Below, one piece after another: positions 58,023-64,000 of a DNA stretch of 64,000 nt (position 1 is its first letter; every line of letters begins with the position of its first letter). The stretch is taken from assembly GCA_040767085.1 (NCBI GenBank), contig JAXGPF010000006.1, forward strand, positions 160,001 through 224,000, given 5' to 3'. The position numbers were made by a program, and so were the translations under genes. The stretch is from Kiritimatiellia bacterium (GTDB lineage Bacteria > Verrucomicrobiota > Kiritimatiellia > JAAZAB01). The notes beneath the pieces were generated by a model. The model saw only the letters and a list, made by a program, of their open reading frames with translations, searched no databases and was not told where the DNA came from.

Positions 58023-58305
58023 GCCAACACCTCCGTTGATTTTCAATCCCTGGTTTGTATCTTCCGCCAATGTAGAATTTCCATGCTGATTGTCAACAAT
58101 TTATTTCATTGCACATTCCCTCGGGATATTGCATATTGAGGACGGTTTATAGACGGCGACCGGCGAGCAGCCATCGGATCCAGCCCTTCGCGGTTCGCCG
58201 ATAGGCGTCCGTGCTTCGCCGGCAACTATGCGCTGGCCGCTGATATTTTTCGCTTCTCCGCGCGTTCTCCGGATTTCCGCCGGCATTCACCAACATCGGC
58301 GTTTC

Positions 58306-60303
58306 ATGCACTTCATCAAATCGATGCGCAATTTCCTGCTGCTCCTGCTGGGCCTGGCGGCGGTTTACGCCCTGGGCCTGGGCGTCCGGCGGGCGGTGCT
58401 GGAGGCGCAATTCGCCAAGTTCGGCGCGGACCTGCCGTTTACACTGGAAAGCGCGCTGGAATTCCGGTACGTGCGCATGTTGCACAATGGCGAGGCCCTG
58501 CCGCGGATTGACCGCAAGGTTCAGGCGCCCGAGGGCGTTAATGTGCGCGCCACCTATACGATCGCCGCCGAGCACGTTTACGCGGCTTTGGCGCACTGCC
58601 TGCCCGCGCGGCTTTCGCTGACTGACCGGGTGCGTTGGATTGCCATTGGCTGGTTCTGCCTGGGCATCCCCTTTTTATGCCTGTGGCTCTGGTGGTGGCG
58701 GCGGTCGGCCTGGGTGGCGGCCCTCGGCGGCGCCTATTACGCCGTCGGACTGGCAGCGGTCATGCGCTCCACGGGCCAGGAACTATCCCACGAGAATTTC
58801 GCGCTGCCGCTGCTCCTGGCCCACCTGGCGGCCGCCGCCCTGGCGGAGCGCCTGGCAGCGCCCCTGGCCCGCCGGACGGCGGCGGCCGGATCGGCCCTGT
58901 TGCTGGCCGCGGCCTTGTGCAGTTGGGATTTGATTCAGTTTTATTTCATCCTCTGGGCAGCGGCGCATTTCTGCCGGATGGCCGGCGGACGCTTCTTTGG
59001 CAACCGGCACCGGGCGGAGCAATGGGGAATGATTGTCCTGGCCCTGTGCCTGGCGGGCATCGCCAATCCCTACCTGCGCGCACACGCGTTCTGGCGGACG
59101 CCGGCCATGCTGCTGGCGGCCGGGATGCTGCCCGGCGTCTGGGCGCAGGCCCGCGGCCGCTGGCCGGCGCGGCGCGCCCGCGCCTGGGCGCTCCGTCTGC
59201 TGCCGCTGCTGCTGGCGGGCACAGGGCTGGCCCTGGCCGCGGCAGAGAGCGGGACCTACGCCCATTTCGGGGAATTGCTCTGGGCCAAGCTGCGCTTCCT
59301 CAACCAGAAGCCGGCGGACCCGGCCCTTTTGACTTTCGCCCAGCGCATTCTCTGGGTGCCGGCATTGAATTCCGTAAATTGGGGCTTGACAAAAATTTTA
59401 TTTCCTGCAATCATTCCGTTGTTTTTTGGGGCCATGGTATTGTTTGCCTTTACCGCCCGACCCCGACCCGATCCTGAAATAGTTCATTTGCTTTTTTATT
59501 GCATCGCCGCCGCCGCCGCCTTCTGGCTGTTCATGCGTTTCCACGTTTTTCTGGCGTTGTTTGCCGCCGCCTTGCTGGGCTGTCTGGGCGGCTGGTGCGC
59601 CAGGCGGACTGGCTGGCTGCGGGCAGCGCTGTTGGCCCTGCTGGCTGCGAGCATTACCGCGGAAGCGGCACAGACGCTCGGGGGGGCCAAATACTGGGGC
59701 GCGGCGCCGGCATATCTGCAACAGCAGCGGGAGTTGACCCGTTGGATGCGGGAAAATATCACGGAAGAAACGGTCTTGGCTAATTTCGGTTTGAGCGCCT
59801 GGCTGCTGGCGTACGGCGATTTCCCGGTGGCGCTGCACCCTAAATTCGAAAACGCCGTTATCCGCCGGCGGGTACAGCGCTATGGCGAATTGCTTTTCAA
59901 GGGCCGCGAGCGGGATTTGCGGGATTGGGCCGACCGCCTGGGCGTCCAGTATTATGTGTACGCGCTCGGGGAATTTTCAGACCGGCAGCCGGATTGCCAG
60001 ATGCGTTACTTTGTCAATGCCTTGACCCCGCCGGACGACGCGCCGGCGCGCATGTTTGAATACAACCATTTGGAAGGGCGATATTTCAAGTTTTTATGGG
60101 GCAACTCCAAATACCGGGTCTTCCGCATGATCACCAGCACGGCGCAAAAGCAGGCGGATGAACTGGCCGGGCAGGCCCTGAACCATTTGACGCAAGGCGA
60201 CATGGCGGCAGCGGAAACGCTGGCGCAGAATGCCCTGTTGCGCGACCCGCACCATACGAATGCGGCGCAGGTCCTCCTGCATTTGAATGCCCTGCGGAAT
60301 TGA
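58306..60303 (+). CDS. Multi-pass GT-C glycosyltransferase, DPY19 (C-mannosyltransferase)-like
   Basis: Roughly a dozen hydrophobic segments plus a C-terminal soluble domain; motifs FTLESALEFRY, HENFALP, WDLIQF, AHFGELLWAK, FMRF and LHPKFE. Start at 58306 or 58324. Confidence 0.72.
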   Translation: MHFIKSMRNFLLLLLGLAAVYALGLGVRRAVLEAQFAKFGADLPFTLESALEFRYVRMLHNGEALPRIDRKVQAPEGVNVRATYTIAAEHVYAALAHCLPARLSLTDRVRWIAIGWFCLGIPFLCLWLWWWRRSAWVAALGGAYYAVGLAAVMRSTGQELSHENFALPLLLAHLAAAALAERLAAPLARRTAAAGSALLLAAALCSWDLIQFYFILWAAAHFCRMAGGRFFGNRHRAEQWGMIVLALCLAGIANPYLRAHAFWRTPAMLLAAGMLPGVWAQARGRWPARRARAWALRLLPLLLAGTGLALAAAESGTYAHFGELLWAKLRFLNQKPADPALLTFAQRILWVPALNSVNWGLTKILFPAIIPLFFGAMVLFAFTARPRPDPEIVHLLFYCIAAAAAFWLFMRFHVFLALFAAALLGCLGGWCARRTGWLRAALLALLAASITAEAAQTLGGAKYWGAAPAYLQQQRELTRWMRENITEETVLANFGLSAWLLAYGDFPVALHPKFENAVIRRRVQRYGELLFKGRERDLRDWADRLGVQYYVYALGEFSDRQPDCQMRYFVNALTPPDDAPARMFEYNHLEGRYFKFLWGNSKYRVFRMITSTAQKQADELAGQALNHLTQGDMAAAETLAQNALLRDPHHTNAAQVLLHLNALRN

Positions 60304-60349
60304 CGCCCCGGCGGCGCGCCTCCCTGCAACCACCGAAATCAATCAAGTC

Positions 60350-60946
60350 ATGGAAGTATGCATCACCGGCGGCATCGCCTGCGGTAAAACCACGGCGGGC
60401 GCGTATTTTGCGCAGCAGGGCTTCGCCGTGCTGGAAGCGGATGATATCTGCCGCGGCCTGATGCGCGCCGGCCGGACCGTGTTCCGCGCCGTCGCGGCGG
60501 AATTCGGCCCGGACATCATCGGGCAGGACGGCGAAATTGACCGCGCGGCCCTGGGCCGGCTGGTTTTTGGAGATGCGCGGCAGCTGGCGCGTTTAAATGC
60601 CCTGACGCATCCGCCGGCGCGCGCGGAAATCAACCGCCGGCGCCGGACGCGGACCGGCCCCCTGGCCGTGATTGTCCCGCTGGCCTACGAAGCCGGTTGG
60701 GCGGCGGATTGGCCGGTGATGATTTGCGTCGGCGCGCCCGCCGCGCTGCAGTTGGAGCGCCTGCAGGCACGGGGGCTGACTCCGGCCGAGGCGCGCGCCC
60801 GGCTGGCGGCGCAGATGCCCGTGGAGGAGAAAATGCGCCGGGCCGATTACGTGATCTACAATTCCGGCGCACCGGCGGTATTGCAGCGGCAGGTTGATAT
60901 GATTTTGAAACGTTTGCATTTTGGAAAGCACACCAAGCAGGAGTAA
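60350..60946 (+). CDS. coaE: Dephospho-CoA kinase
   Basis: [21 protein letters not shown] and RLAAQMP motifs. Confidence 0.96.
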   Translation: MEVCITGGIACGKTTAGAYFAQQGFAVLEADDICRGLMRAGRTVFRAVAAEFGPDIIGQDGEIDRAALGRLVFGDARQLARLNALTHPPARAEINRRRRTRTGPLAVIVPLAYEAGWAADWPVMICVGAPAALQLERLQARGLTPAEARARLAAQMPVEEKMRRADYVIYNSGAPAVLQRQVDMILKRLHFGKHTKQE

Positions 60947-60951
60947 CATGT

Positions 60952-62550
60952 ATGGAAGACAAAAACCACAATTCCGAAACCCCGCGCCCGCGCCGGCCGT
61001 ACCGCGCCCCGCGCCACCATATTAAACGCTTCTACCGCCCCGGCGCGCGCGAGCGCTTGCCGGACGACGATCGCGAACACGCGCCAGCCGAAACCGGCGC
61101 CGCCGCGGCGCCCGCCCCGGGCCAGCCGGCCGGCGTCAACGGCGCGGTCAACGGCAACTATCACGACGCCCAGAACGGCGGAGCGCCCAATCACGACCCC
61201 AACGCGCCGCAGGGCGGCAATGGCGGCAACGGTCCCGCCGGCACCAACGGCGGCAACGGCGAGACAGCGGCGCCGCCGGAACAACGTCCCGCGCCGCAAG
61301 TGCTGAACCTGTCCGAATTGCAGCAGAAAACAGTGCCGGAGCTCAGCGAACTGGCCGACCAGTTCCGCCTGATGGATCTCGGCGCTTTGCGCAAACATGA
61401 ATTGATTTTCGAAATCCTCAAGGCCAATGCCCGCGTGCGCGGCACCATTTTCGGCAAGGGTGTCCTGGAAATCCTGCCGGATAACTTCGGGTTCCTGCGT
61501 TCGCCTTATTACAATTACCTGCCCTGCCCGGAGGATATCTACGTTTCACCTTCGCAAATCCGCCGCTTTGCCCTGCGCACCGGCGATTTCGTCGAAGGCG
61601 AAATCCGCTCGCCCAAGGATAAGGAACGCTTTTTTGCCCTGCTGCGGGTGGACCGCATCAACGGCCAGGATCCCGAAAAATCGCGCAACAAGGTGCCGTT
61701 CGAAAACCTGACGCCGCTGTTCCCCAACCAGCGTTTCATCCTGGAACGCGAGCAGTCGGAGATTTCCATGCGGGTGATGGACATCTTCACGCCCATCGGC
61801 ATGGGCCAGCGCGGCCTGATCGTGGCGCCGCCGCGCACCGGCAAAACCGTCCTGCTGCAGAAAATCGCCAACAGTATTTCCGCCAACCATCCGGATGCCC
61901 ACTTGATCGTCCTGCTGATTGACGAGCGGCCGGAGGAAGTCACCGACATGGAACGGAACACTTCCGCCCAGGTGTTGAGTTCCACTTTCGACGAGCCGCC
62001 GGAACGCCACATCCAGGTGGCGGAAATGGTGATCGAGATGGCCAAGCGCATGGTGGAATCCGGCCGGCACGTGGTGATCCTGCTCGACAGCATCACCCGG
62101 CTGGCGCGCGCCTACAACACCATGGAGCCGCATAGCGGCAAGATTCTCTCCGGCGGCGTGGATTCCAACGCCCTGCACAAGCCCAAGCGCTTCTTCGGCG
62201 CCGCCCGCAATATCGAACACGGCGGCAGCCTGACTATCGTCGCCACCGCGCTGGTGGATACCGGCAGCCGTATGGACGAGGTGATCTTCGAGGAATTCAA
62301 GGGCACCGGCAACATGGAGCTGCTGCTGGACCGCCACCTGGTGGACAAGCGGGTGTTCCCGGCTATCAATGTGGATAAATCCGGCACCCGCAAGGAGGAA
62401 TTGCTGCTCCACCCGGACGAGTTGAGCAAAATCTGGATTCTGCGCCGGGCCATTACCGGCGTCCAGCCGGTGGAAGCGATGGAACTGGTCATCAACCGCC
62501 TGAAAAAGACCAAAACCAACGCGGAATTCCTGATGTCCCTGAATGAGTGA
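60952..62550 (+). CDS. rho: Transcription termination factor Rho
   Basis: [42 protein letters not shown] and EEFKGTGN motifs. Confidence 0.99.
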   Translation: MEDKNHNSETPRPRRPYRAPRHHIKRFYRPGARERLPDDDREHAPAETGAAAAPAPGQPAGVNGAVNGNYHDAQNGGAPNHDPNAPQGGNGGNGPAGTNGGNGETAAPPEQRPAPQVLNLSELQQKTVPELSELADQFRLMDLGALRKHELIFEILKANARVRGTIFGKGVLEILPDNFGFLRSPYYNYLPCPEDIYVSPSQIRRFALRTGDFVEGEIRSPKDKERFFALLRVDRINGQDPEKSRNKVPFENLTPLFPNQRFILEREQSEISMRVMDIFTPIGMGQRGLIVAPPRTGKTVLLQKIANSISANHPDAHLIVLLIDERPEEVTDMERNTSAQVLSSTFDEPPERHIQVAEMVIEMAKRMVESGRHVVILLDSITRLARAYNTMEPHSGKILSGGVDSNALHKPKRFFGAARNIEHGGSLTIVATALVDTGSRMDEVIFEEFKGTGNMELLLDRHLVDKRVFPAINVDKSGTRKEELLLHPDELSKIWILRRAITGVQPVEAMELVINRLKKTKTNAEFLMSLNE

Positions 62551-62617
62551 TATTTTGCTTTGTCGCTTCCGGATTTTATGCTAAAAAGGAAATTTAACCA
62601 TTCAGGAGCGTTGCCGC

Positions 62618-63988
62618 ATGAAAGTCAGCGTTGAAAAAAAGGGACCCTGCCGAAAAGTCATGACGGTGGAACTGCCGGTCGAGCGCGTGCGGGAGGAATA
62701 TAACGACATTTTGAAGCACTCCGCCAAGATCGCGCGCATCCCCGGCTTCCGCCAGGGCCGCGCCCCGGTCAACCTGGTGGAAAGCCATTACAGCCGGGAA
62801 ATCCGGGGCGAAGCCCAGGAGCGCCTGGTGGCGCGCACTTACAAGGAAGCCTTGAAAAAGGCCGAAATTGACCCGGTCATGCTGCTCAACCTGGATGGCG
62901 ACCTGCAGAAAGAACAGCCGCTGGTTTACCGGCTGACCGTGGACGTGGCGCCGGAATTCAAGCTGCCCCGCTACAAGGGCATTTCCCTGAAACCCGGCAA
63001 CCTGGAAGTCACCGACGCCATGGTGGAAAATTCGCTGCAGCGTCTGCTGGAAAATTTCGCCAAGTACGAGGATGTGGATGGACAGCCGGTTCGCCCGGAC
63101 GACTTGGCCGTGGTGGATTTCGATGCGGAATTGGACGGAAAACCGCTGGGCGAGGCTGTGCCTGCCGCCGCCGGCCTGGATCGCGGGCGCGACATGATGG
63201 TGCTGGCCAACGAACAGGGCTCCTTCCTGCCGGGATTCGACAAGCAACTGCTCGGCTTGAAAGCCGGCGATGCAAAAAGTTTCGAGGTTGCCTTCCCCGC
63301 CGGCTTCCGGACGCGGGGACTGGCCGGCAAAACCGCGATGTATCATGTCCGGGTGAAACGGGTCCGGGCGCGCCAGCCGGCGGAATTGAACGATGAATTG
63401 CTGAAACAATTCGAAGCAGCGGACGAGGCGCAGCTCCGGGCGAAAATCCGCGAGAAACTGGCGGCGGAAATGCAGGCGCAGGACCGGGCGCGCCAGAAAG
63501 ACGAAATCATCCGCTACCTGCTGTCCAAGACTTCGCTGGACCTGCCGGAATCCCTGGCACAGGAGGAAGCCATGCGGGTGTTTTCCACGCTCATCCGCCG
63601 GGCCATGATGCAGGGCATGACCCGCGAGCAGGTTGCCGGGCGCAGGGAGGAATTCCGCACCGCCGCCGCCGCCACCGCCGCCGACCGGATCAAGACCAAC
63701 TATATCCTCCATCGCATCGCCACTGAGGAAAAAATCCAGGTGGCCGATGAGGAAATCGACCGTGAAATCCGCACGCTGGCGCCGCGCTACCAGATGACCG
63801 AGGACCAGTTGCGCAAGAAACTGCAGGAAGACCAGGAAATGGACGCCTTGCGGCATGATATCCTGTCGGAAAAAACCCTGGATTTCCTGCTGGCCAACGC
63901 CAAAATCGGAGAGGAAGGATTTTTAACCCGCCTGATGGGCGGCGGACGCAAGCCGGCGGCGGAAGGCGCGCCGGCGGCGCCGGCTTGA
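62618..63988 (+). CDS. tig: Trigger factor
   Basis: [10 protein letters not shown] ribosome-binding motif, FKBP-like middle domain and C-terminal domain. Confidence 0.96.
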   Translation: MKVSVEKKGPCRKVMTVELPVERVREEYNDILKHSAKIARIPGFRQGRAPVNLVESHYSREIRGEAQERLVARTYKEALKKAEIDPVMLLNLDGDLQKEQPLVYRLTVDVAPEFKLPRYKGISLKPGNLEVTDAMVENSLQRLLENFAKYEDVDGQPVRPDDLAVVDFDAELDGKPLGEAVPAAAGLDRGRDMMVLANEQGSFLPGFDKQLLGLKAGDAKSFEVAFPAGFRTRGLAGKTAMYHVRVKRVRARQPAELNDELLKQFEAADEAQLRAKIREKLAAEMQAQDRARQKDEIIRYLLSKTSLDLPESLAQEEAMRVFSTLIRRAMMQGMTREQVAGRREEFRTAAAATAADRIKTNYILHRIATEEKIQVADEEIDREIRTLAPRYQMTEDQLRKKLQEDQEMDALRHDILSEKTLDFLLANAKIGEEGFLTRLMGGGRKPAAEGAPAAPA

Positions 63989-64000
63989 ATTTTACCGCTG

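Noticed and set aside
58140-58230. tRNA, SRP RNA or known riboswitch
   Set aside because: No T-loop/anticodon cloverleaf, SRP GGAA loop motif or recognisable aptamer consensus; kept only as an unassigned hairpin.
58306-60303. STT3/PglB oligosaccharyltransferase
   Set aside because: No WWDxG motif; the ordered motifs fit DPY19 better, pending a profile search.

Overview
GC-rich bacterial chromosome segment, most likely from a PVC-superphylum organism (Kiritimatiellae/Lentisphaerae-like; this is inferred from protein families, not from a search). It has four parts. (1) 1-26.7 kb, minus strand: a GntR/LacI-type regulator heads a carbohydrate-utilisation-like cluster with no SusC/D genes visible. 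The cluster is built from repeated paralogues: four ~1060-aa CBM9-like + TIM-barrel + CBM proteins, three ~430-aa beta-helix proteins of an unrecognised family, three GGG-repeat beta-helix proteins (one frameshifted, one cut by the window edge), an Asp-box protein and a DUF1284-like/CBM9-like fusion. (2) 27.1-32.5 kb: a complete type II-C CRISPR-Cas locus with 12 identical 36-bp repeats, 11 spacers, a tracrRNA with its own promoter and terminator, and lower-GC cas2, cas1 and a compact 1021-aa cas9. The Cas9 HNH motif reads DIAH instead of DIDH. (3) 32.9-50.5 kb: AGE-family epimerase, rsmE, dnaJ, an RsbU/STAS pair, rsmI, a PLP decarboxylase, a patatin, and an HTH-PTS IIA regulator heading an Ehr (hydrogenase-related, no NiFe ligands) operon. 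(4) 50.5-64 kb: housekeeping and envelope genes (lactonase, alr, FHA protein, pseudopilin, coaE, rho, tig), plus a membrane protein whose motifs line up in order with eukaryotic DPY19 tryptophan C-mannosyltransferases. All family assignments come from motif recognition by eye; no database search was run.
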